Made by a program: the position numbers and the translations under genes. From the NCBI RefSeq assembly GCF_018350175.1, contig NC_058368.1, positions 139,936,001 to 140,000,000 of the forward strand: a DNA stretch of 64,000 nt, written 5' to 3'. Each line of letters opens with the position of its first letter. Within the stretch, counting starts at the first letter, position 1. The notes under the pieces were generated by a model, which searched no databases, was not told the origin of the DNA, and was given only the letters and a program-made list of their open reading frames with translations. Positions 40,287 to 52,999 of the stretch are shown here, in pieces. The DNA is from Felis catus. Taxonomy: Eukaryota.

Positions 40287-40517
40287 GGGGCTCCTGGGCG
40301 GCTCAGTCACTTAAGTGTCTGACTTCAGCTCAGGTCATGATCTCAGAGTCGTGGGTTTGAGCCCCACATTGGGCTCTGTGCTGACAGCTCAGAGCTTGGA
40401 GCCTGCTTTGGATTCCGTGTCTCCTTCTCTCTTTCTGCCCTTCCCCAGCTTGTACACACTCTCTGTCTTTCTCTCTTTCTCAAAAATAAATAAACATTGT
40501 AAAATAAAATAAAATAA
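40287..40517 (+). mobile_element. CAN-SINE
   Basis: Head ggggctcctggg; (TAAAA)n tail; short TSD aattaga. Confidence 0.93.
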
Positions 40518-41683
40518 AATTAGAGATAGAATAAATTATTAATTTTGGACTCTTTTGTCTGCTTGACAAGGAATTTAGTGCAATTTATGTTTCTCTGACC
40601 GCCCTCCTCAGCCTGAACCATCCCTCCAAAACTCTTAACCAATGTTAATTTAACATTAGGCTGAGGATTTATCTTGCTGGTGGGAAAAACTGAAATATAT
40701 TAATAAAATATCAGTTTTATTTTGGAAGTAGCTTGTGTTTAGAGAGAAACTCTGTGAGCATCATGTTATTTATCTAGGACCTAGATGGATGGCAAGGCAG
40801 CTTTCAAACAAACATTGTTATTTAGTGTGGGGAATTTTATTATGACAAAACAAATACATAAAGCACAGATCAGGAAAGAGCTGCACATTCTTTAGCCTGA
40901 TAAGGCCATGGTTATTGTTTGGCAGGTTGTAAAATAAACAGACAAAATAAGCAATCTTAAATAAAGACATCAGGATGTTTTTCACGTAGGCTAAATTGGA
41001 CTTCACAAGGAAAAAGTTCTCGCTGTGGTGTTACCTTTGGGTGTTTTCAGGTAAGACTCGGCCCCAGCAATTACTGCTGAAGAGGATGTAACAGTGGTTG
41101 AAGCATCCTGTTCTCATCCTTTCTCTGCCCTTTCATAGACGACTAACCATCCCGAGATGAAAGACATCTTTTTCCATCCTTCTGCCTCTTGTCGTGCACC
41201 ACGATGATATTGTAGTCTCTGAGTAGACACAAAAAGAGAAGACTTAATGATAACAGGTATGGGATGGGGAGCCAAGTTGGTTCTTATGATCAGAACAAAA
41301 TTACCACTCTTTTTTTTTTTAACTGAGATATAATTGACATATAACATTGTTTTAGTTTCTGGTATACAACATAATGATTTGATATATGTATATATTACAA
41401 AATTATCACCACAATACGTGTAGTTAACAACCATCACCACACACAGTTGCCTTTTTTTTTTCTAGTGATAAGAACTTTTAAGATCTTATCTCTTGGCAAC
41501 TTTCAAATGTACAATACAGTATTATTAACGACAGTCTCCACGCTGTACATTACATTCTCAGAACTTATTTATTTTATAACTGACGGTTTGTACGTTTTGA
41601 CCACCTTCACTCATTTTGTCCACCCCCAACTCCACCCCCATCTCTGGCAATGACCAATCTGTCTCTATATCTGTGAGTTCGGC

Positions 41684-41875
41684 TTTTTTTTTTTTTTAAG
41701 TTTATTTATTTTGAGAGAGAGAGAGCTTGTGCATGCACGAGTAGGGGAGGGGCAAAAAGAGAAGGAGAGAGAGAATCCCAAGCACAGGGTTCCCTCAGTC
41801 TCATGAACCATGAGATCATGACCTGGGCCGAAATCAAGAGTTGGTCGTTTAACTGACTGAGTCACCCAGGTGTCC
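41684..41875 (-). mobile_element. CAN-SINE with internal deletion
   Basis: Antisense head and T-tail, shortened body. Confidence 0.85.
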
Positions 41876-42010
41876 TCAGCCTTTTTTTTTTTTAATTAAG
41901 ATTCTACATATAAGTGATATCATACAGTATTTGTATTTCTCTGTGTGATTTATTTCATTTAGCATAATGCCCTCAGGGTCTATCTATGTTGTTGCAAATT
42001 ACAGGAGTTC

Positions 42011-42220
42011 TTTTTTTAAAAAATATTTTTAAATGTTTATTTATTTTTGAGTGCGAGAGTTGGTGAGGGGCAGAAAGAGAAGGAGACACTGAATCCAAAG
42101 CAGGTTCCAGGCTCTGAGCTGTTACCACAGAGCCCAATGCAGGGCTTGAACCCATGAATCATGAGATCATGACCTGAGTTGAAGTTGGATGCTTAACCGA
42201 CTGAGCCACCCAGGTGCCCC
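42011..42220 (-). mobile_element. CAN-SINE
   Basis: Antisense head cacccaggtgcccc; TSD-like agttc(c)tttttt. Confidence 0.92.
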
Positions 42221-42629
42221 AAGTTCCTTTTTTATGGTTAAATGATATTCCATTGCATTCCGAGTGTGATATCACATTTTCTTTATCCATTCGTCTGTTG
42301 ATGGAATGTAGGTTGTTTCTGTGTCTTGACCATTGTAAATAAGTCTGCAGTGAACATGTGGGTGCAGATGCCTTCTCAAGATAGTAATTTTCATTTCCTT
42401 CAGATAAATACCCAGAAGTGGAATTGCTAGGTCACAATTTTTACTCTTACAGTAATGGCACTGGGCAGTGCTTGGCTCTAGGAATCATGGAAGAGGGCAC
42501 ATCAAACTCTGCTAGTAGGAACTCAGACCACCTGTCAGCTGGTGTGGATTCTAAAATATTTAGTATTTCAGTCCCTGGTCAGGGAGGACTGGGACCTTTC
42601 TCAAATTTTTAGGGCCAGGAAGGGTGTTG

Positions 42630-42915
42630 CCAGGGTGTTCTGGTAAATGTTTAACAACCAGATCTCTGAGCAAAGAAAAAGCCTGATTTATAGTGTTTGC
42701 CAATTTCTGTAGTGCAGATTCTCCCACTGTGGCCGATTTCAAGCTACTAGTGTTACTAAACTCAGAGCTGGGTAGAGATGTGCACTACCACAACATTATG
42801 TAGCATTTCCACCATAGAGGCACAGCAGATGTCATCTCAAGGGCATAGAAAATAGGAAATTGTAGCAAAATTAGAAAGGTATGGAGGTATATTTATTACC
42901 TTTGCTTTTAGTATC
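42630..42915. mobile_element. hAT-Blackjack MITE (MER63-like)
   Basis: ctggtaaatgtttaacaacc...tggccgatttcaagctac. Confidence 0.75.
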
Positions 42916-43362
42916 AGAAATGAAGAGGTAAAGATCTTATTATTTGCAAATAATCTGATTAGGTAGAACATTTAAGAGGTTTTTCAGGGTCATTTTTCTT
43001 CACTTGGGGTGTTTTTCACTTGTCCTTTTTACTTTTAGCTGTTCTGGTTTGGAAGGGTTTTTATGCAATGTCTTAGTTTCAGATTTTGAGATTTGTTCAA
43101 GTGTTTGGTTCTGATTTACTTTGTGACAGTGATGCCTGACACATTTCTAAAGGCTTCACTCTGAGGGTGAAATGGTAGCTCATTTACCAAACAAGATGTT
43201 GTACTCAAGTATCATGATAAGCATATTAAATGTCACTCCTTCCTATTGTTTTCCATAACCCCAAACTATGTTTCCCTGTTGATTTATTCTGCTATTCCAA
43301 TTTTCTTACTAAAGTATCTTTAAAATATATCAAGGTTTCGATATCTAATAAATGACAAATTT

Positions 43363-43582
43363 TAAATTTTTTTTTTCAACGTTTTCCATTCATTTTTGGG
43401 ACAGAGAGAGACAGAGCATGAACGGGGGAGGGGCAGAGAGAGAGGGAGACACAGAATCGGAAACAGGCTCCAGGCTCCAAGCCATCAGCCCAGAGCCTGA
43501 CGCGGGGCTCGAACTCACGGACCCCGAGATCGTGACCTGGCTGAAGTCGGACGCTTAACCGACTGTGCCACCCAGGTGCCCC
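43363..43582 (-). mobile_element. Young felid CAN-SINE
   Basis: Perfect 16-bp TSD aataaatgacaaattt (43347-43362 / 43583-43598); CpGs intact. Confidence 0.96.
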
Positions 43583-43919
43583 AATAAATGACAAATTTAA
43601 ATTTGGGCATATTCAACTTTCTGCTCATTATATAAAGAAAGCAATTTATAATTAGTCCCAACCAATGTAACCTTGAATTTCCCCATTATTTTCTGTAAAA
43701 TAATTTTAACATAATAATCTGTACATTCTATTCACAGTTTCTTATTTAGTAAAAGATAAAAGAAACAATATAAGAAATATATTCTGTTTAATAACCTATG
43801 GTTATGATTTATCAGATAACAAGAGAAAATAAAAGGCAAAAGAGTCTTTTCTGGAAACATTGATCCTGATTTTCTCATCTACATTCTCTGCCTTATTTAG
43901 AAATGCTACAAAAACTAAA

Positions 43920-44243
43920 TTTTTTTTTATTTAATTGAAGTACAGTTGACAATGTTTTATCAGTTTTAGGTGCACAACATAGTGTTTTGACAACTCTTTA
44001 CGTTATGCTGTGCTCACCACAGATGTAGCTACCATCTGTCACCATACAACTTTATTACAATACCATTGACTATATTCTCTATGCTGTACATTTTATCTCC
44101 ATACAGTACTCATTCTGTAACTGCAAGCTTGTATCTCCCACTCTCCTTTACCCATTTTGCTCAGTCCCTCACCCCCCTCCCCTTTGGCAACCATATTTGT
44201 TCTCTGTATTTATGGGTCTGTTTCTGTTTTGTTTTTAGTTAGT

Positions 44244-44282
<39 letters not shown>

Positions 44283-44500
44283 TAGTAATCTCTACACCCA
44301 ACGTGCGGCTCGAACTCATAACCTCAAGATCTACAGTTGCATGCTCCTCCAACTGAGCCAGTCAGCCACCCCTGTTTCTGCTTTCAGTGTGTTTATTCAT
44401 TTGTTTTGTTTCTTAGATTCTACATGTAAGTGCAATCACATAGTGTTTGTGCTTCTCTGTCTGATTTATTTCACTTAGTGTGTAATACCCTCTAGATCCA
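43920..44500 (-). mobile_element. Carnivore L1 3' end containing a short tRNA-derived SINE (44232-44372) with a (TTTA)n tail
   Basis: L1 flanked by acaaaaactaa / ccaaaaactaa; SINE flanked by tgtttctg(t/c)ttt. Confidence 0.85.
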
Positions 44501-45308
44501 AAAACTAAGTGTTTTAATGACCTCCATCATTTTCCAAATCACTGCTTGTTCCGTGCCATTCACTTATGCATTTATTTATAATTGGTACCTCCTATGTAGC
44601 AGGCTCTAAGCTCTTTCAATGAAAGCAGCTCAGCTGAAGGGCAGATAGTTGGAAGGCTTGATGATTATAATCCAGATCCTTAAAAACATGGAGATCACCA
44701 GCCACAGCAGATCTGTTAAATCAACTTCCCCTGTCTAGGAAAACCTGGAGCTCTGAAAAAAGGATCAGGACTAAGGACATCTGGGTGGATATTCCTGAGT
44801 TATTTGGCACTCTGATCTCCCCTGAAATCTCAGAGCTGCAGGGCAGCACATCTCCCTATTGGGAGTTGGTGCTTCCTCATGCAGGGGGACACTGTTGGAG
44901 TCCCCTCCAGTATGGCTGCAAGTGCTTCCCTCAAGATACCCACTTCCTCTGCTGGCTACCAGGCTGATAACTGGGTTAAATCCCAGCATGACCCAGCTGG
45001 GGACATGCTGGGTCTGTGACAGAGGAAAGAAGTAACACTGTGAAGGAGCAGAGTAGTTAGCATGTATCAGTAGGGCCCACGAAAGTCCCCCTAGGAGTGA
45101 TGAGGTTGGAGCCAATTCATAAGACACTTGAATATGAGACGTTTTAGAGTCTGGATTTCCCACTTCTCCGTTTATGAGAGTAGTAAAACAAAAAACAAAA
45201 ACAAAACGGGAGAGTAATATGAATAGATTTGTTCTCTGAAAGGAGTACTTTGGCTACTGGCTGTGTGGTGGGTTGGAGGGGGGCAGGACTGAATGAAAGG
45301 AGTCCCTG

Positions 45309-45475
45309 TGTTAAACAATACTGGGACCAGCCCTAAAAAGCTTAGCTGCTTGCTTCAAGAAATACTTATTCCCAGAAGAGTAGATAGTGAACTAACTAAA
45401 ACAGTTTGCTTATGAAGACTCATTTGAAAACCTTCTCTTCACTGTCCCTACCAATCCAGAGCTATTATGTCATGA
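45309..45475 (+). mobile_element. ERV1 LTR fragment (MER90/MER110-like)
   Basis: tgttaaac...ccaatccagagctattatgtcat. Confidence 0.45.
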
Positions 45476-47208
45476 GCTGAGAGTTGATAAGGGAGTTGGA
45501 GGGGAGGATGCAGAATCCCCTGACTGGGTGATAGCAAAGTCCAAGGGAAGTCTGAGTGAGAGCCATGACACCATCCTTCTGTTCCAGAGGATCCACCCAC
45601 CATGCCTCCTTCCCACTATGACTCTATGGCCACATCTACTGCTGGCACTCTACTGAGAATTTCCTCTGGTTCCCTGGTATGAATTCCAAAGTACAGGCTT
45701 TGCTTGAGAGATTCAGAACACAATCGTGAGTTTTCCTTTTTTATTTACCCCACACAATTTTTTATTAAAACAATTAAACCTGAAAAGGCGCAACCAAGAA
45801 AGCAAGTAATTGTTTTCTTACAAGTTTTAATTTAAAAACATGCCAAATACATTTGTGTATGTGGCGCCTTAATCCTTCTCATTTCTTTGATAATTTTATA
45901 CTTGGACCACTTTCATAATTTGTAAAAAAATTCAGCCTGAATTCTATCATTGGGTCAAAAATCAGAGGATTTGTGTGTTTTCAGTACCTGGTGGTAACCT
46001 TTTCTCTCTGCCAGACGAAATATGTTCTACTTGCTGAGGCTGAAAGAATGGACTACTTTTCAATCTCTGGCAAGTAAATTAGAAAGGTCCATGAAATTCC
46101 CACTACACCCTTAATCTGATTTTCTCTGCATTATTTCTTTCAATTAAGAAAAGAGAAAGAAAGAAAAAACAGCTTGTGAAGATCTCCATACTAAGAGTAG
46201 AAAAATTCTGTGATTAGTTTCCGTAAGTAAAGAAGGTACTTTCCCCTATGTTCTTAGAGAAAATTGATGTGGCTTTCTCCCCATTCCATTAACACTTCCC
46301 TAAGCGCAGGCTGGAATGGAATCAAGGGATTCCTGGATAAGAAGCTAATGGAGTCCATACAAGAAGTTTGCCACTTCCCTAGATTTCCACTTAACTGAGT
46401 AAAAAATATTCAAAAAGAAATATTAGAAACTCATAGTGGAAAGTATGAAAGGGTGGCTGCAATTTACCAGACAGTTTGTCAGTGACTCTCAAGTGAAGGA
46501 TAGACTAATTTGAATCAGGGCTCTCCACTTGCAGACTGGGAAGTCAAGGGGGGAGGGTTCTTGGTAGCTCCTCCTCCCAATTCCTCATTTAGGAGGGTTT
46601 GTGGTGTGATGGGCTGGCACAGGGCAGTGAGATAAGGGCATGTCCCTGAGTGTGGCATGTCACACTCAGTGGGGCCACGTCTGGTTTTGTTCCTGGCCTG
46701 TGCTAAACACAGACATCTGTCCCAGGCACAGAGCCTCATCCGGCTCCTCAAGAAGATGACCATGCCAAACAAAGAAATCGAGGCATCGTTGCAGCTAATT
46801 TCTGGCTGCCCAACAAACACAGTCTTCCTGCCGTGACCACCTCTGGCCTTAGTGACCCAGGCTGTTCAGTGTTTATGCTCTGAATGGAAAATTACATTAA
46901 ATCCAAAACTCTCACTTCACTTTTTATCTGGATCTGAAAGATTTGGATAGACATCCAAATAATCTTTGACAAAATCCATCTCAATTCCCAGAGTTGAACA
47001 AGAACAGATGCCACATTAAGGATAAGCAAACAGGCAAAATCCATTAGTTGTTTGAAAAGATATTGCTGTTTAAAAAGAGGGGGCTGTGCAAAAGAACCAG
47101 AGCTGATGTCTTCTTATGAACTGTAGTTACTGTTCAAAATAGAGGGGATGTTTTCAAGTTTTTAATCTGTGATTTTAACATGGTGAGTGTTAAAGAAATA
47201 AGCAAGAT

Positions 47209-47340
47209 TGGGGTGGGGGATGCCTGGCTGTCTCGCTAGGTGGAGCATGTGATTCTTGATCTTTGGATGGTAAGTTTGAGCCTCACATTGGGTGTAGAGA
47301 TTACTGAAAATAAATAAATACACAAATAAGCTGTAAAAAA
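47209..47340 (+). mobile_element. Short old tRNA-derived carnivore SINE
   Basis: TSD aaagaaataagcaag; ends gggtgtagagattact plus A-tail. Confidence 0.85.
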
Positions 47341-47399
47341 AAAGAAATAAGCAAGGAGGTCATGAAGAACAATGGGAGTTCAGAAAAGAGAGTGTAGAA

Positions 47400-48600
47400 G
47401 AAAAACCTAAATGAAGATCAGATTTGCTGTTGCAGAACATTCAGTCAATGAAGTAAGTGATAACTCCTGGAATTCATCCAAGTTTCAGAGGCAAGGAATA
47501 AGGAAATTAAAAAAAATGTGAAAAAAATTTAAAAGATAAGTAATGAAGGACTGAGTTAAGGAGATCTAATATACCTATGATAGAAATTCTAGAAAAAGAG
47601 AACAGAGTGGATGTAGAAAAAGAAGTAATCAGGAAATAAAGAGGTTAGGAAATTTTCTGGAGTTGAACAAATCAAATACTAAGTATCTTCAGATTAAAAG
47701 GGGTCAATAAATTCTGGTAAAATTAAACAAGATAAACACCTAGACATATGCTGGAAAGTATTTTGACTTTCAAGGATATTTAAAAAATCTATACATATTC
47801 AGGCATTAAAAAAAGCTTATAGAGAAAATGTACTAAATTACTGGCTATTTAGAAAGAAAAATGATTGCATTAGGTTCCTACTTCATAACTTACCATAAAA
47901 GATTATAAAGATATAAATGAGTATATAATACAGCCCTAAGTAAAGCCTTTTAAAGCCAAAGTCAGAAACCAGAGGAGAGCATTGATAGATTTAGTTACCT
48001 AAGAATTAAAAATATCTGTATATCATAATTATTACATACAAAATATGAAAAGCAAATTAAAACAAAATATTCATAGGCTGTGTAACAAAAGTTTTAAAAC
48101 TGGGCTAGAGAAGGTGCCAATAATAAATATTTGTTGAACACATGATCAGTAAGTGAAAACTGAAAGCATCCTTCTGAAACATTAAGACACCAAAGCCCTG
48201 GAGATGCAGACAAAGGACATGAATGGGGGAATTCACAAAAGGAATACAAATGGGCAACATACATATAAAGAATCCAGTCTCATTAGAATAAAATCAGTCT
48301 AATCAAGATGTCACCATTTTTAACTAATTAAGATGGCAAATATTAGAAATAATCCTAATACTTTAATCCCGCAGATCCACATATTCTCATACCCCAGATG
48401 ACAGCGTAAATGGCATGCTCTTTCAGGATATCAATTTGCAAATATGGATAGATGTAGAAAAATTTGCAGGATTTCCATAATCTTTCCTACTTTCCATAAT
48501 CTGGAAGTAGTCAATAAAAGTCTCAAAGTGCTCCTGTTTCTATCCTTGGAAACAGCTATTTCACTTGTGGAATTTTATCCTAAAGAAAACAATTAGAAGA
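47400..48600 (+). mobile_element. Highly decayed L1M fragments
   Basis: A-rich; gacaaaggacatgaat...aattcacaaaaggaatacaaatgg. Confidence 0.55.
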
Positions 48601-49299
48601 CTGCAAAATGAAACAAAGTTAGTCTCAAATGCACCATTACAAACTGTTTTTGAAGAATAGTTAAGAAAAGTGGGGAAACAGTCTAGACTTGAGTAGGAAG
48701 GCAAATAAAAATGCTATTATAGCTGATAATATAGCAATATCTAACTTTTGTGGAGATGATCATACTTAGCATTATACATCAAAGATGTCCTTGTGCTTTA
48801 GTGGGTGTAAGTTCTAATCTTGTGCCCATTTTGCAGATGAGGAAGCTGCAGCCTGGAGATATGAGGTTTAGAGGTCTGTCTCTATTTGAGAATCCACATA
48901 ACAACTCTGTTATAAACTGCCTTTAATTTTTTTAATACACCTGTAAGATACAGAAAAAGACTGGTAAAACATTCTTTAAAATGTACTAATGGAATAACTG
49001 ATATATTTTTTGTTTCCTTTGTATACTTTTCTATTTCTCTCAATATGCATTGGTATTATTATCAGAGGGAAAATTGCAGCAGTTTTAAAGCCCCCATATT
49101 AACTGAGCTCAGGTTCTTAACCACTTTCTCTCCTTCCCCAGCACCCACTCTTTACCCGATTTCTCACATTTACTTTATTTACATGTTCCTCATTGAGAAT
49201 TCATGTTCATCATGGTACTCTCGACCTGATATAAGATATCAGATCATGAAGGAGCTATTGCACATAAATATAAACTCTACCCTGGCCATACACATACCA

Positions 49300-49540
49300 T
49301 AGGGGCTAAATGAGTGGGGCCAGAGTCCTGGGTTCTCCTCTTGAACTTAGCATTTATTCCCCTTCGTAAATCAATTATTCAAGTATTATTCAATAATCAA
49401 TTATAAGTTAATCATTTTCTCAGTAAAGTGAGGAGAAAAATACTGGCTTTTTCCTAGTTGCAATGAAGATTAAATGAGTTAATATATATAAAGCATGGTG
49501 ACTGGCCCATTGTAAGTACTATATTAGTATACTTATTAAA
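49300..49540 (+). mobile_element. MIR fragment
   Basis: gttgcaatgaagattaaatgagttaatatatataaagc. Confidence 0.6.
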
Positions 49541-50689
49541 TCTAAGTAAGTAATATATTTTAGAAAGACTTTCAAGAAACTGAATTCTTTTAGGTATATT
49601 GCTGGTTTACTCTGTTAACTGGGAAATAGAATTTACTGGGACAGACCATTGTCTGAACATTTTACTCAATGGCATTTCCACAATGGTATCATTTCCCAGT
49701 CAGCCTGATAAGTGAAGAATATGCAAGAAATTGAAAATTTGGATTAGTAAAGAAGTTAATAAAGACTGGGGCTCGACAAAAGTGAATTTGGGTCCTATTA
49801 AACTCTAGAAAGATAAACCCCAGTCCTGAGGGGGCAGTTCTTGGGGGAGGGCAAACTGAAAAATAGCACCGTGAATTAATCATGCTCCCCAGGTGTGAGA
49901 AACACCTTTGAGAAACACCAAAGGGGACCGTGTGAATAGACTATTTGATTGGCTTGGCAGCAGCACTAATAAATGCTTGACTTTTGCCGGTATGGTAATT
50001 TAGGAATGATAAGTGGAACCTGCCAACAATGCCATTTTACTTGATTGCACCCTAATTGCGTTTATGTCATTGATATCAAACTGTGCATAATTAGAGACTA
50101 TTTTAACTCTAATAAGAAAGAATACACTTTGTTTTTACATATCCAGATCATATCCTATGGAAGCAACATCCTTATGTCATAGAATAATGGCTTCTTCTGC
50201 CGATTACAAGGAGACCTGCTTTTTCTGACTATTGAGGTATTGTTCATAGACAAGGTTGATGGCTTGGTTATTTTTATTTCACAATGTAAACCTGGGTTGA
50301 TATGTGCCTGTTGACTATGTTACACACTTACTTAAATGATGAAGTTAGAACTTATTGTATAGAACTCAGCAACATATTTCATTCTAGTGTGCAGACAGCA
50401 TTGGATCTTCACAGCACAATGGGTATTAGTAATAAGGAAAACCTTTGTGACACCTAAGATGTTAAATAATACTTGAAATTGAAGGCAACAAAAGCAAGTT
50501 AACAGTAACCAAAGGCCCCCTTGAGTATCTATCATGCATTTGTGGCTCAACATGGGATAATTTCGCATAACTGGCTTCCCTGAGAGCTGTGACACATACA
50601 AAAAATTTAGTGTTTATTGATCCGAAGTGTAGCTTTGTGTGGCAAAACAAATTTTAGATATTATCAAGTAAATCGTACCTTTCCCTCCT

Positions 50690-50902
50690 GTCTCAGCCTC
50701 AGCACCCTTTACATTTTAAGTCAAATAATTCTTTGTTCTGCATGGGGGCTGTCTTGTGCCTTGCAATTTGTGTAGCAGCATCCTGGCCCCTACCCACTAG
50801 ATGCCAGGAGCCCCTGCCACCCCAAGTTATAACCACCAAAAATATCTTCAGACATTGCTGAAACTCCTGAGGGGAAAAATTGCCCCCACTTGGAAGCAAC
50901 TG
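50690..50902. mobile_element. MER20 hAT-Charlie MITE
   Basis: aataattctttgtt...agcagcatcctggcccctacccactagatgccag...aaattgcccccact. Confidence 0.85.
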
Positions 50903-51719
50903 TTCTAAGATGATAATGGCCAATCACACATGCAGTGCTTGAATGCCCACCACAGCATCCCCACCGATGTTTGTCTAGACCATGCTTGAAATCATCCAGG
51001 GAACTCAATAGGTCCTGGCAGAGCCCCTTGTTCTTTCTTCCTGTGAGCTGAAATCTCTCTCAGTACATCCTCACCTGCCATGCCAGATCCTCTGGTCATT
51101 CCATACAAAAGCCATTTACGTGTTTAAAGACAACTTTGGTCGTCTTAAAGATCCTGTTCTGCTCTAAGACCCCGTAATGATTCTTCGGAATCCTCCAAAC
51201 TCTTTTTCACATAGGTGATGGCTACATGATATAATTTCCAGTGTCCTGAGCACTATACTGTCCTCAAAATGCTTCCCACACCTGCTTCTCAGATGCTTGA
51301 GTTCTACAACTAGATGTAAAATTCATTGATGAAAGTGAAACAGGAAATAAAGTTGCAACCTTCTTGGGAAAGTTAACCTACTCAGCCTTATTAGTCATTT
51401 ATACCTGTTTGTTTAGAAGACAGGAAAATCAGCTACAACAATCATATGACATGCATACACACAGCATAAGATGAAATTATTGTTGATATTGGAATTTATT
51501 GGATTTTTTATGCTGCTTTATTTGCCTGGCCTCTTAGCCTGGAAGACTCTTACATCGTTTAGATGATGGATGCCCACAGCCTCTATACGCACCACCACGA
51601 TCACAACCATCTTCATGACTTTGTAGACTGCCTTCTCAGGACTCTCTGGGATTAGTTTTGAGCCATCCTAGCTCCAAATCCTGCCCCTGCAAATCCTGAT
51701 TTATTTTATCGTTTGTATA

Positions 51720-52765
51720 AATTTAATTAAACTTTATTGTGAGATATAACAAAGTGAAGGAAAAGTATATAGGCCATACATGTACTTATTGATGATTTTT
51801 ACAAAGTGAAAAACATCTATTAAGAACAGAACATTATAGGAGCGCCTGGGTGGCTCAGTCGGTTGAGCGTCCGACTTTGGCTCAGGTCATGATCTCATGG
51901 TCTGTGAGTTCGAGCCCCGCGTCGGGCTCTGTGCTGACAGCTCAGAGCCTGGAGCCTGCTTCAGATTCTGTGTCTCCCTCTCTCTCTCTGACCCTCCCCC
52001 ATTCACGCTCTGTCTCTCTCTGTCTCAAAAATAAATAAACATAAAAAAAAAAAGAACAGAACATTATAGTACCCGGAAATCTCCCTCATGCCTTCTTTTG
52101 CTCTCCGAGGGTAACCACTATTGTAACTTCTAACCGCATAGATTAGTTGTGTCTGTTTTTGAACTTTATATGAATGGAGTCATACAGTATGTGCTTTGTT
52201 CTGGCTGACTTCTTTCACACAACAATTTGCTTATGAGATTCTTCTGTGTGTGTGTTAAATGTGTTCATTCTTGTTACTGTGTGGTATTCTCTTGCATAAG
52301 TAGACCACCGTGTATTCTTTATTCATTCTGCTGTTGATGGACATCGGAGTTGTTTTCAGCTTGTGTCTACTTTAAACATCCTTGTGCACGTCTTCTAATG
52401 AACACATGCATGCGGTTGTGTTGAGTATATACCTAGGAAATGAACTGCTGCGTCGTAGAGCATGCCGATGTTCAGCTCCAGGAGATGTTGCCATATGGTT
52501 TTCCTAGATGTTGATCCCAATTTATTCTCCCACCAGCAGTACGTGTCAGTTTTTATAAATGTAGCCATACTCGTGGATATGTGGTATAGTATCTCATTGT
52601 GGTGTTAAGTTGCATTTCCTTTATGACTGATGATGGTGCATAATTTACCGTTTGTTTGTTGTTTACTTGGAAATCCTCTTGTAATGTGGCTGTTCACTTT
52701 TTGTGTCCATTTTTAATTGGATTATCTGTCTCCTCATTGATTTGTAGGATTTTTTAAAATATATT
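51720..52765 (-). mobile_element. L1ME-like 3' fragment, host of the long L1; continues at ~58621-58800
   Basis: Antisense 3' end motifs gaactttatatgaatggagtcatacagtatg; gttgatggacat. Confidence 0.8.
51839..52051 (+). mobile_element. CAN-SINE
   Basis: Perfect TSD aagaacagaacattata (51822-51838 / 52052-52068). Confidence 0.96.
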
Positions 52766-52999
52766 TTATTTTATTTTTTTTTAATATGAAATTTATTATC
52801 AAATTGGTTTGCATACAACATGCAATGCTCATCCCAACAGGTGCCCTCCTCAATGCCCATCACTCACCCTCCCCTCCCTCCCATTCCCCATCAACCCTCA
52901 GTTTATTCTCAGTGTTCAAGACTCTCTTATGGTTTGGCTCTCTCCCTCTCTCTTTTTTTTTTTCCTTCCCCTCCCCCATGGTCTTCTGTTAAGTTTCTC

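Larger units (their letters stand above)
41310..42435 (-). mobile_element. L1 3' end (L1MA/L1_Carn-like) carrying two SINEs
   Basis: T-tail then aactgagatataattgacatataac...tacccagaagtggaattgctaggtca. Confidence 0.85.

Noticed and set aside
44284..44372. tRNA-like sequence, also at 47216-47305
   Set aside because: Followed by an A-rich tail and flanked by TSDs, so a decayed tRNA-derived SINE rather than a tRNA gene
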